DNA of 64,000 nt from positions 304,110,001 through 304,174,000 of the forward strand of contig OZ024740.1 of NCBI GenBank assembly GCA_964016885.1, in the 5' to 3' direction. The position numbers and the translations under genes are program-made. Below the pieces are notes generated by a model. That model was not told the origin of the DNA. It was given only the letters and a program-made list of their open reading frames with translations, and did no database searches. Shown here in pieces: positions 36,425 through 48,194 of this stretch (position 1 is the stretch's first letter; the number at the start of each line of letters is the position of its first letter). The stretch comes from Eledone cirrhosa. Taxonomy: Eukaryota.

Positions 36425-37395
36425 ATCATCATTTTTTTCTTCTTCGTCCATTTATTCCTGGAAGAGTCGTGGGAGAAGAGTCCTCAGACACGTTTTCCGA
36501 AGGGTTGTATCAGATGTTACCGCTTCCAATTGATCTGGTTTGTTCCCCAAGCGAGATCAACCGAGCTCATGGATGTTATCCAACTATTTTGTACAGGGTC
36601 TGTCTCTGGTTCTTCTGTCGTTTGTCTTTGCCCGTAAAATCTGTCCAGCGATTCTTTCTTTAGACATTCTAATCACATGCCCATAACATCGAAGCTGTGA
36701 TCTTTCAATGCGGAGAAGTAGCGGCTCTATCTGGAGCAACTCCCTAATCTCCGAGCTACGAATCCTAACAAGTAATGTTACTCCAAGGACACCAATTGGC
36801 ACCTTATTATGCCATAGAAAATTATCAATTGCTCGGGGTCTACCTCTGTGTCTCCTGCCGGTTGGTTTTGCCCGTAAAATCTCTTCCAGCGATTCTTTCC
36901 TGAGATATTATAACCACATGCCCATAGTATCGAAGCTGTGACCTCTCAATTCGGAGAAGTAGCGGCTCTACCTGGTGTGACTCTCTGATCTCCGAGCTAC
37001 GCACTTTATCGAGTCCAAAGTCCCTTCGGAGGAATCCCATTTCGGCCGCTTGTATTCGCGATCGTATTTTTTCGGTCATTACCCATGATTCATGACCATA
37101 GGTAAGGGTTGGCACGAAAACCGAATTGAAGACAGCGAGTTTGGCTTTTACACCTACTTCCCTTCTTCTGATTACTGAATGCTGAAACTGGTGCATTACT
37201 GCACCAGCTTTTGCAATTCTTGCAATTAATTCAGCCTCCTGCCTTCCATCACTCGTAAACACGGCCCCGAGGTACTTGAACTTCCCTACCTGCTTCAGTG
37301 GAACTCCATTCACATGTGGAGTGTACTGCTCAGGTTTTCTTGAGGGGACGAGTGTTTCTCCAGCCATGGAACACTCGGCATCAAACCTATCAAGT
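36425..37395 (-). mobile_element. RTE-clade LINE 3' fragments, two in tandem
   Basis: FKYLG, VPTLTYGHESW, AAEMGFLRR, IERSQLRYYGHV; same family at 37990-38660(-), 23150-23290(-), 23920-24070(-) and 50097-50420(+). Confidence 0.85.
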
Positions 37396-38980
37396 ACGAG
37401 TCGAAGTTATATATCTGGCAGTATCAGTAGAGGGTTGGACACCATGATTTCTAGCATAGTTACGTCCCTTTACGGTCTGAGTTCAAATCCCGTCGAGGTT
37501 AACTTTGCCTTTCATCCTTACGGGGTCGATAAAATAAAGTACCAGTAATGTACTGAGTAATGTACCAAAAGTAGAAACAATTAATTAGATTGTATGTTTA
37601 GTCTTCTTAAACACAATATATATTTCTATTATATTGTATTATGAGTTGGAATATCGGTAATTTTTCTAAGTTGCCTTCGTTGATTTTAAATAAAAACAGA
37701 ATTAGTCGTTTAGTTTACATATTGTGACCCCACCCCATCCTATTTATTTTATAACCTATGGAATTTCTACTAATGTTCTTTTTTGTTATGTATAATGTTT
37801 TTTAATGTCTAAAAAAATTAATTATCACAGGAATGTTACCACTTAGAATAAAATTTCGAAGATAGATTAACAAATTTTAATAAGCAGAGCAGGGGGGGGG
37901 GGGGAGGTATTGTTCGAGACCCGAGAATACATATTATTTACAACGAACAGACAAAAAGAAAACGACTCAATACGAGATATACAATATTTTCTTCTTCACC
38001 CACTTATTCCTGAAAGTGTGAGTCCTTATACATGCCTTCTAGAGGGTCATATCAGAAGCAGCCGTTTCCAATGATTCGGCTGGATCACCAGCCGAGCTTA
38101 TGGATGTTATCCAACCATCTGGCTCCTTGTCTACTTCTGGATCTCTGTAGTACCAGAGCTATGTTCTTCTCGATGCAGAGAAGTCACGGCTCTAACTAGA
38201 CTCAGAACTGCGCACTCTATCGAGTAATGATACTCCACGACCCTTCGGAGGAACCCCATTTCGGGCGCTTGTATTTGTCATGGCATTCTTTCTGTCATTA
38301 CCCAAGATTCATGACTACAAGTAAGGGTAGGTACGAGTATCGAATAGAAGATAGCGAGTTTGGCTTTAACACCTATTTCCCTTCTGATGACCGAGTGTGG
38401 GTGTATTATTGCATCAGCTCCATCAATACTTGCATTTAATGAAAACGCCCCCCCCCCCCCCCGATAAATCCCCTCACATGTACAGTACACTGCGGTGGCT
38501 TTCTCGAGAGGACGAATGGCTGTCTTTCCTGCAGCACCCAGCAGTAAACCTATTGAGTGAATGTCGAAGATCACATTCCGATGAGTTAAGTAGCACTATG
38601 TCGTCTGCAAATAGCAGCCGACTGATGCTGCACCCACTGGTTTTGATGCCACTTCCAACCCGGCTGCTCATACGTTGTTTTGGAAAAAGAGAGACACGCA
38701 GAGAGAGTGGGGGGAGGGTGAAAAGGAAAATGAAGTAGAGTAGATAAAAGTAGAAGAAAGCGGCTTATTTAAATTTTGAACTTACCGATATCTGTGTATA
38801 TGGCTAAAACAAACCGAATGAGACATTTATTTATTGAGACAGTTTGTTGCAAAACCCTTATTTAGTAAACTTCTTTGGTAACTTACAATGGCTCCAATTT
38901 CTAAAGAAAATGCCTACAGATTCTATTTTAATCGTCAAATTTTGTAATGTGTGCAAAAATATATTGTAACTTTCTTGAAA

Positions 38981-39011
38981 TACCCGGAAATCGCCGGGTA
39001 CCTCTGCTAGT
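38981..39011 (+). mobile_element. Helitron-like 3' terminus
   Basis: Hairpin TACCCGG-AAATCG-CCGGGTA followed by CCTCTG-CTAG-T. Confidence 0.55.
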
Positions 39012-39780
39012 TTACAATAAATATATGAATAGATAAATAAATAAATACTTTAAATATATTTAAAATGATTAAATCGCTACATCATTTCTGATAATGAATA
39101 TCTGTAATGTATACAAATACACGCGCGGTTCAATGAAGACACTTTCTGTAGTCTTTTGACCCACTCTACAACAAAATCATAATTTATCTATAAAAAAAAC
39201 AAAAAAAAAAACACATTGGATAATGTAGTTCTGAATATACAATGTCTGGAAAGATAAACGATGAGGTCATGGCTGAAACGCCTTTGATAATTGGACTGGC
39301 GCCAAACAACAACAAACACGTCGGTGCGTTTAAGCACACGTGTTAGAAATTAAGTAAAAAAATTTCAAATTCTCCAAAACGTAAACTGATGAAGTTTAAG
39401 GAGTCGGGTCAAATTTTGCTGTTTCACCGTCTTACACTGGACATGCGCATTAGCGAGCAATCATGCGAACAGGCGAGCTGTCAAACATGATTCAGAACTC
39501 GCTTAGGATTTTTTTGGACTTTTATACCTTCCTTCCCCCTTCCTTCGAATGATTTAACTCTTTTTATTGAAGTAAAGAGTAATTGAATTCACTTATCAGC
39601 TATCTATTTATTAAGTGTTGTGGCATCTGCTTCAAGTAAACTCCCACCATTCATTAACAAGCTTATATAAGCTCCACCACTTAACGCCTGTTGGTCCATT
39701 CTACTCCAAGAATCAAAACAACAAACAACTCATTTCATTCAACTTTTTTTATATACATACACCGAGTGTCTGTTTCTGAG

Positions 39781-39781
39781 T

Positions 39782-39821
<40 letters not shown>

Positions 39822-39852
39822 GTATATATATATATATATATATACATACATA
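39781..39852. repeat. (TG)n(TA)n compound microsatellite just upstream of the GCLC ATG
   Basis: Direct sequence. Confidence 0.95.
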
Positions 39853-39895
39853 CATTTTACATTCATCGTACAAATTAACCACAGGCAACAGTGTA

Positions 39896-40045
39896 ATGGG
39901 TCTTCTTACAGAAGGGTCTCCGCTTTCTTGGGAAGAAACGAAAACTTATGCCAACCACGTACGGAAGCATGGGGTGAAACAATTCATTAATCAATATAGT
40001 AAACTTAAGGATCGTCAAAAAGATGTTCTATACTGGGGAGATGAG
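39896..40045 (+). CDS. GCLC: Glutamate-cysteine ligase catalytic subunit, coding exon 1
   Basis: MGLLTEGSPLSWEETKTYANHVRKHGVKQFINQYSKLKDRQKDVLYWGDE is the diagnostic eukaryotic GCLC N-terminus; donor GTAAGT at 40046, phase 0. Confidence 0.97.
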
Positions 40046-41489
40046 GTAAGTACTGTGTTTGTGTACCTAATAACTAGCGTATGTTTGCGTATGAGCCTTA
40101 TTGTATTTTTGTATATCGTGTGAATGTGTGTTTGTGTATATATTTATTTATATAACACTGTTTGTTTACACTATTTGCTTCATTAACTGCATATCAAATT
40201 TAGATTTAATTTTCAATCCATATTTTTAACAAGAACACAATCTATTGAAAACTATCAACAACAGTAGCTGTCAGTCACTTTATTGTTTATCCAGTTAAAA
40301 ACTTTGTCATGCAATTTGTGAGTCTAGAAATGTAATGTAATGAGGTTCTTGGGGACACAAGTTCACCATTATATAACATTAGGTGATGGTCATTCTTTTC
40401 TTAGATGAATTAGTGAAGTCAATTGACTTCAAACGATATGTTCAAAACTATTTATAGATGAAGTCCCAACTGCCGATCGGCATTGGGTGGTTTGCGGACT
40501 TTCTATTATTGTCCAAACAATTCCTTCTTATCCAGCACATACATTGGAAGGTTCTACATAAGTACCATATTGACCCCGGTCCAATTGAGGACATTGGCTC
40601 AACATGGAAGACGGACAATTACGATTCTAAATAGCTGAATTAGAAGGGTTTGTCACAGCTTGTAAAAGCCCCATCATACACATATATACACACACACGCG
40701 TGATTGCTCGACATGCTAGAAATAGCAGCCACATTTCCTCCAAATTCTACCTTTCCGTGATAAAAGGAAACCAGTTCCAGATATGCTAAAAGACAGAATC
40801 ATCGTGGCTGAAACTAACTAATGGATCTAGTATATAAGAGTTGATGTGGGACTAAACAACAGCATAATAAGAAAGACATCCTATTTCCATTCCACAAAAA
40901 TATTAATTCAAATTTAATTGAAATATGCAAGAAATATGAGAGCAAAAACGGGGCCCCCCAATAAATATTTTCTGACATACACACAAAGCCAGAAATTTAG
41001 GGAAAGAGGACAGTCGTTTAAATCGACCTAGTACTTGACTGGTACTTTATCAACTTCGGTAGGATGTAAGGTAAAGTTGACCTCGGTGGAATTTGAACTC
41101 AGAACATAAATAGTCAGAGCTAATACCACAAAGCATTTTATCCGACGCTATTATAATTCTACCAATCTACCGCATATAAGATTTATAATAGATAATGTGA
41201 ACAAAAACACCAGAACTAGCAACTTTACACATAGCGATCCAACTCTTACGTGGTTGATCGCTTTGCTAGAAATAGCAGCCAAATCTTTATCAAATGATTT
41301 TTGTTTTAAAAAGCTAGGACAGGTCTGGGGGAAAAACATGGTTTAGACATAACTGGAACGTCAACAACAAATTTACACAATAAAAAAAATTAAAAAAACC
41401 ATACAGAGTACAGCATATATTCTACACAATACATTTTCAATTCAGATTCAAGCTCACACAGTACATATTCTACAAAATTATCTTAATCA

Positions 41490-42240
41490 TCATCATTATC
41501 GTTATCATCATTTTACGCCCCCTTTCTACGTTGGCATGGGCTGGACTGGTTGTCACGGTTCGAGACGAAACGGACATGCTTGTTACGTTCCATATTTGGC
41601 ACGGTTACAGGGTGTGCTGGGGGCATTTTTCGTGACACTAGCACCACCACTTTGCAAAATGGTGTACTTTATCATGGTACCAACACTAGTTCTTTATAGA
41701 ATGTGATGGGTGCATTTTATTGTGACACTAGCACAAGAGAGGTTGTCACATGCTAGACCAAACTGCAGAGTCCTCTCTTACTCTATGTCTCCGTTCGATT
41801 CTAATTGCCAAACACTTTAGTTTCCGATCTGTCAGTACGTTTAATTTTAGTGTCGCAGTGCTTGTACTGGTGGACGGATCTTTTGCATTATCGGTCCTGT
41901 GTCTTCCACGAGGTTTACTTTCTTGAGGTCGTACATTATAATTTCGTCTCCATCTTCCACGTGTTCCATTCACCTTTAAGTGCTCGGATTTTTTAAAATA
42001 CAACTTTACCACATCAGCGCAATCAATTCCTCTTATACTCAACTTTTCTCTCACTTCACCCGTGCTTTGTTCACATTAGCAATACATGTCTAGCGAAACA
42101 TGCGTGTCTCATTTCTTTTTAGCCATTGAAAATCCTTTGCATTCAGGGCCCACGCTTTGCTGCCATGCAACATTGCTGTTCAAACACATGCCTCGTATAG
42201 TCAATCTTTCACTCTCTCACGGTTGAGTAGTTAGAGTTTA
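41490..42240 (-). mobile_element. Decayed RTE LINE 3' end with 3'UTR
   Basis: REKLSIRGIDC, AMLHGS remnants and (CAT)n tail; homologous to 43835-44990. Confidence 0.65.
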
Positions 42241-42856
42241 CTTTCTCTTCTGCAGTCTCCTTTCATTTGGATATCTTACTCAACTGTCATCCTCCATACA
42301 CATCACATGTCTGTACCAGCACAGTTTTCTCTTTTGAAACTGATTCCTTATATACCCAATATTTGTTTCAACTCATTCCTACTCTGTCATGTAAACTAAT
42401 ATTACACATCCAGACGAATATGTTTGCTATATTTCCACATTTCACAAATACTCTGTTGCATTGAATGCCCATGTTTTGCTATTATGTTTGTGTGGGCATA
42501 TATGTATGTGTGTGTGTGAATAGTAAAGTCCCAACCGAAGGCCTACTTTGGAATTTTACTAATTACTATACCAACACTGCATCTAAACATGCATTGAATA
42601 CTACCTTAATCTGTGGTTATCTCAGTTTCTATACCATGAACACTTCATATATATATGAGTTTAAAAAGAAAATTTCATAGCTTTGGTATAATTGGTAACA
42701 GGGTTAGTCAGAATATGACAGATATGGGAGCCCTGTTCACTTTTGACATCATAAGCTATGTTTATTAATGTATAATTTAAAGTTAATATTATATTATAAA
42801 ATCTTAGTCATATAGAATACACACACACAAATGCATGTGTGTAATATATATATAAA

Positions 42857-43252
42857 GATATGAAGACAGGCAAATCAGTTGGACCATTGGGGGGTAGTTG
42901 CTGAGATGCTGAAAGCATCTGAGAGAACAGGTCACAACATAACCATCGGTTATGGCTTGTGAGGGCAGTTCAAGCCATGTATAGAGGAGCAGTCAGCAAT
43001 GTTTATAGTGAGGAACTTAGGTTGCAAGTGGGGGTTTATCAGGATTCTGTTATTTGCCCCCTCCTGCTTATTATTGTCCTGCAAGCCATAACAGAAGAGT
43101 TTAAAACTGGCTGCCATGGGAACTCCTATATACCAGTGATCTAATCCACATAGCTGAATCCATAGCACAATTAGAGAAGAAATTCCTGGCCTGCAAGCAT
43201 AGCTTGGAATCAAAAGGCCTTTAAGTCAACTTGGCAAAGACTAAAGTCCTAG
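42857..43252 (+). mobile_element. Internally deleted RTE RT fragment
   Basis: Aligns to 62902-62990 and 63377-63692 (AVQAMYRGAVS, LQAITEEFKTGC). Confidence 0.8.
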
Positions 43253-43263
43253 TATATTCATTT

Positions 43264-43600
43264 CATCATTTCATTTCATTTTACGTCCGCTTTTCCCTGC
43301 TTGCAAGGGTGGGATGGGAACTGATTCTGGCTTGATTTCTACAGCTGGATGCCCTTCCTAACACCAACCTCATTTACAGTGAGTGCTGGGTGCTTTTTTG
43401 CCGTGGCACCTCCACGACCACTTTACAGTGGAATGATATGGACCCCAGTCCCTATCATCTCATTTCTACAACTGAGTAAACTGGAGCAATGTGAATAAAG
43501 TGTCTTGCTCAAGGAAACAACACATCACCAGGTCTGAGAATTGAACTCACAACCTTTCGATTGCAAGGCCAATGCTCTAACCACTAAGCCATGTGCCTCC
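43264..43600 (-). mobile_element. Young CORE-type SINE with RTE-derived tail
   Basis: tRNA-like head, CCTTGAGCAAGACACTT core, tail AGGAAGGGCATCCAGCTGTAGAAA..GGACGTAAAATGA; near-identical inverted copy at 60315-60646. Confidence 0.88.
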
Positions 43601-43603
43601 ATG

Positions 43604-43644
<41 letters not shown>

Positions 43645-43768
43645 AGGGGTATTTAATTTGTTGGAAGTCCGACAAATATAAATGTTTATAACTGATTTAG
43701 AGCACTCAACAGATTCCTGGAGTAAATATACAATGATATTAAAGAAACTATATTTATAAAACCATATT

Positions 43769-43831
43769 TATTTTATTATATATATTTCAAGGGTACCAAA
43801 ACACATTGGTATGCTTACCTCAGATAAAATA
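43769..43831 (-). ncRNA. Hammerhead-like motif (A9 to U variant)
   Basis: UAUUUUAU-CUGAGGU-AAG..UACCAA..UUGGUA..CUU-GAAA-UAUAUA-UA-AUAAAAUA; 8-bp stem I. Confidence 0.5.
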
Positions 43832-43834
43832 CAA

Positions 43835-44990
43835 TCATCATCATCATCATCATCATCAACGTTTAACGTCCGTGTTCCACGCTTGCATGGGTTTGGACGG
43901 GGGTAGTCCCACTTGAGGCAAGAGTGATTGTCTTGCTCGCATAGGACTGTCTGGCAGGTTTTCTACAGTTGGATGCCCTTCCTAACACCAACCACATTTA
44001 CAGTGTGGGTCTGGGAGGTTTTTACCGTGTTGCCTACACGGCCACATTACAGCGTGGACTGTGTGTTTTTTTGTCGTGACACCTACACGATCTCATTTGT
44101 TTCGGCCTCGATGGCGCGGCACCAACATAACTTTACATAGAACGGGGTGGTGTGGATGGGGTGGGGGTGGTGGTGGTGGGACGGGGTGTATTTTGTTAGA
44201 GATGCCTACTGGCTGGAGTAGGTTTTACTATATATTTAGGTAAGGCGGGTCTTCTCTGTTACTGAGTACCGCCAAAGGTCTCGGTCCAGTGACATTGTCT
44301 TGGAGAGGTGTAAGTGTGTGATGTCGGAGTTTATCAGCTCGTCCCAGGTTTTTCTAGGTCTGCCTATTCCGTGACTACTGTCTATCTTTATTGCCCTGCA
44401 CTTTGTTATACAGCTATCGACTTTCATGCGCATCACGTGTCCATACCAACGTAGCCTTCTCTCGAGTAAACAACATCTGATCCCTCTTATCTCTAATTTT
44501 TTCCTTAGTTCGTTTATGCTTTGCCGTTCACGTATATTACTGTTACACATCCAGCGGAGCATGCAAGCTTCGTTCCTCTCTAGTCTGCGTATATCCTCTG
44601 CACACAATGCCCAGGTCTCACTGCCATGCAGCATTGCTGTTCGTATGCAGGCATCGTACAACCTGCCTTTCATTTTTAGGGAGAACCCTTTAGCAGCTAA
44701 TAGTGGTATAAGCTCTCTGAACTTTTTCCAACCAGTTCTGACTCTAGCTACAGTACTTTCAGAGCACCCTCCCCCACTGCTGATTTTATCGCCCAGGTAA
44801 CGGAAGCTGTCCACTATTTCTATAGAACCCTCTGCGCAATTGAAAGAGCTAGTATTTTGTGGGCACTTGCTGCTACTTATTGCACCAGAGCACCGGCCAC
44901 ATGTAAAATCTATGTTCTTAGTTAGCTTACCTGTGATCCCACTACATCTTTTATGCACCCATACTTTGCATTTAGGACATAAAATGCAAT
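43835..44990 (-). mobile_element. RTE LINE 3' end: ORF C-terminus, 3'UTR and (ATG)n tail
   Basis: ORF 44236-44958: FRYLGD, AMLHGSETW, RRLRWYGHVMRM, GRPRKTW. Confidence 0.92.
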
Positions 44991-45002
44991 ATATATATAT
45001 AT

Positions 45003-45325
45003 ATAGTTATATTTGGGAATGGTCATTTTAACAATTGAACACATACACCACATAACTTTCACTTTATTTTTATTCTTCCCTCAAAGCTCTTTTGTCACAC
45101 CAATCTGTGACCTCCCCAATGACTATCGATTTTTGAGCTTCAAACAACAAAATGAAATAGAAATGTAAGACCAGAAAAAGGAGAGGCACAAAAAAATCGA
45201 TAATCATTGAGGAGGTCACAGATTGGTGGGGTGAAAGAGCTTTGATGGAAGAATAAAGATAAAGTGAAAGTTATATGGTGCATGTGTTCAATTGGCAAAA
45301 TGACCATCTCCAAATATAACAATAT
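45003..45325. mobile_element. Inverted pLTR pair of a Neptune-like PLE with decayed hammerhead motifs
   Basis: Arms ~45003-45136 and ~45188-45325; ATCA-TTGAGGA-GGTCACAG..GAAA-GAGC-TT-TGAT at 45203-45246 is homologous to 31609-31651. Confidence 0.8.
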
Positions 45326-45588
45326 CGGTTTCAATACTCGATTTCAAATCAAGATTCCTGCTTAACAAATACACATATATATATATGTGTGTGTAAAAGG
45401 TAAACAAATAACAACACAATCTGTACAGTATATGGAAGGAATAATATATATATATTTATATATGTCAATGATATCTACATATGACATATGTATAATATGG
45501 GCGCGTGTTATATGTATATGAAAAGCAAAGTGAAATAAAGCATCTTGACCAGGAATTGAATATGGTTAAGAGTCCAACACCCTAACCG

Positions 45589-45627
<39 letters not shown>

Positions 45628-48000
45628 CACACAAACACACTCAAAAATATAGATGGAAAAATTAGCTTTTAAATGTAATTTTCCCATCTATATTTTTATT
45701 TTTTATTTTTTTAAAATTATATTTCCAACTTTTTCTCCTTAAAAAAAAATCTACCTTTTCTTCAGACCAATAATATATAAACACATTGAGCTAATTCTGA
45801 AACTACGTGGGCAATTATATATACATTTGAGCTTTGTATATATATTTTCACCTTTGCTATATATATATATATATATATAGTATACATGTGTTATATATAA
45901 AATATGTATGTAATTAGTATATTCAGTATGCTTGTTTTTAATACCACCACCACCCCTAGCTGACTCCACCCATAACCCTATCATTGCTACCTTGGAACAA
46001 TAATACCATGTATATTTGTGTACGCCCACATTTCCAACCCCGTCATTGATGCCTGAACATTTAACGCTCAGCCTCTACACATACACATCAACCAACACAA
46101 ACTGGACTTGCTCTATTAAACAAATACTTGCTATCACCAGTAACCCATACTACCTCCAGGCACTTCATATTCCCCGACAAACAACATTTTAAATAGAATT
46201 TGGAGCTCTGTCTGTTAGGTTCCCAATATGTTTTTTTATTTTTTTTTATTTCTGGCCTGTGCTTAATTTTCCCTGGCTTTTGTCATTGTTAGTGTTGTGG
46301 TTGTTAGTGTTTGTGTTGTCTGCCTCGGTGTCTTTATTATGGAGCAGCATGGTTTCAATGGTTATGAAGTTCACTTTGCAATCATTAGGTCCCAGGATCA
46401 ATCATTCTGTATGGCATCTTGGGCAAGTGTCATTTATCATATTCTTGGGTTTGTTAGTGAAATTGGTTAGATGGAAACTGTAATTCAAAGAGCCAGCTTT
46501 GTCACACTGAAGTACATGTGTCTGTGGAATGCTCAGCCTCTTACATGTTAATTTTGTTAACAAGCTATTGTTTCATTGCTGGAACAACTGGAACACTATC
46601 ATCAAAACTGATGGAGATCCACTAGTCTCTTCCTTATTCACAAAGTTAACTGTACCGACCATTCTGGAATTCTAATGAATTTATGAGATGTTAAGCTAGT
46701 AACTTCTATGATTATGTTTTAACCTTCTTTACCTTTCATAATACCATCTAATAGGTACAGAACAGGTTGATAAAGGCATAAAAAACAAGTAAATTTACTC
46801 TTTATTTTCTCTCTGTTTGTTCCATTGATCTTTTGGATGGTGATTGTTTAGCCATTAGAAAAAGACACATCTATTCCATCCACCAGTTTTGTAACAACAT
46901 TTTGTTACTCTGAGTTCAAATCCCGCTGAGGTTAACTTTGCCTATCATCCATACGGAGTCGATAAAATAAAGTACCAGTAATGTACTGAGTAATTGCTGG
47001 CTTTGTGCCAAAAGTAGAAACAATTATTTGTCATAGGGCGATGGATTGGCAGTATTGGTAGAGCGTCGGACAACATACGTTGTGGCATATAGTTACAGCC
47101 CTTTTACGTTCTGAGTTCAAATCTTGCCAAAGTCAACTTTGCATTTTATTATTACAAGTTTGATAAAATAAAGTACCAGTAACACACTAGGTTGATTTAA
47201 TCGACTTTCCCCTCCCCTCAAAATTGTTGGCCTTGTGCCTAAATCAGAAACCATTATTAATCCTTAAAGGGTTGATAAAATAAAGTACCAGTAACACACT
47301 AGGTTGATTTAATCGACTCTCCCCTTCCCTAAAATTGTTGGCTATGTGCCTAAATCAGAAACCATTATTATTATTTGTCATCTTTATATGCCCTACTTGT
47401 AGAAAACAAAATAGCTATAGGGTTTTCAGGATAATACTATTACAATATTTATATCTAATGTAGAAAACAAGATAGTTATAGAGTTTTCAGGATAGTACTA
47501 TTAAAATATTTATATCTAATATTTGTCATCCACCACAGGTGTAATGAAGAAGAGTTAAATCTCTGTGTTCTGCGATGCAAATAAATTTCCCTTGTAACAC
47601 TAACCTAGTTAATGTTAAGTTGTTCATGTTATTGATTAGTCCCATGTCAGTCATGATCCACCAGTCCAGCAGATCTATATATGATCAAATCTGTTGCAGT
47701 TATGACCATTCTGTTTTTATTTTGAAACATAATTTAGCTAGGACTACATTATCCAATTCACCTTTGCTCTTGTAAAATGATAGAGTTGTTTCTGATAGGG
47801 CCTTCTGGAAGGCATCTCTGAGAACTTGGACTCTCCGACTGAAGGAAGAGGAGGAGGAAGATGTTCTGCTGAACTTCATACTTTTATCCACTGAGTTGAG
47901 GGATATTGTTTATGTTGGACATCAGCCTCATCAATTTCTGAAGCAGTGCCAAAAAGACATGCACACATAAAAAAAGAAAAACAAACATATATATATTTAT

Positions 48001-48194
48001 ATAAGTTTATCCCGGGTTCAATCGGGGGTAACCATAGTAAGTAAGGTACTCAATACATAGTGGAGTATAAACATTTAATATAGAAATGGCTTCTACAGGA
48101 CGAGAACTGTTTCATTCGGGAGAAATCATCAGGGCTTCCTGATGATTTCTCCCGAATTAAACAGTTCTAGTCCTGTAGAAGCCATTTCTATATT
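48001..48194. mobile_element. Fold-back PLE-type fragment, same family as 676-867
   Basis: Hairpin 48077-48194; the tail is on the left in inverted orientation. Confidence 0.7.

Noticed and set aside
39782-40123. 113-aa ORF as a single-exon gene
   Set aside because: The N-terminal part is microsatellite and the C-terminal part is intron read-through; only 39896-40045 is coding.
43530-43600. tRNA-Cys gene (TTGCAAT loop) inside a cysteine-ligase gene
   Set aside because: It is a SINE head; no proper acceptor or anticodon stem forms and it continues into SINE core sequence.
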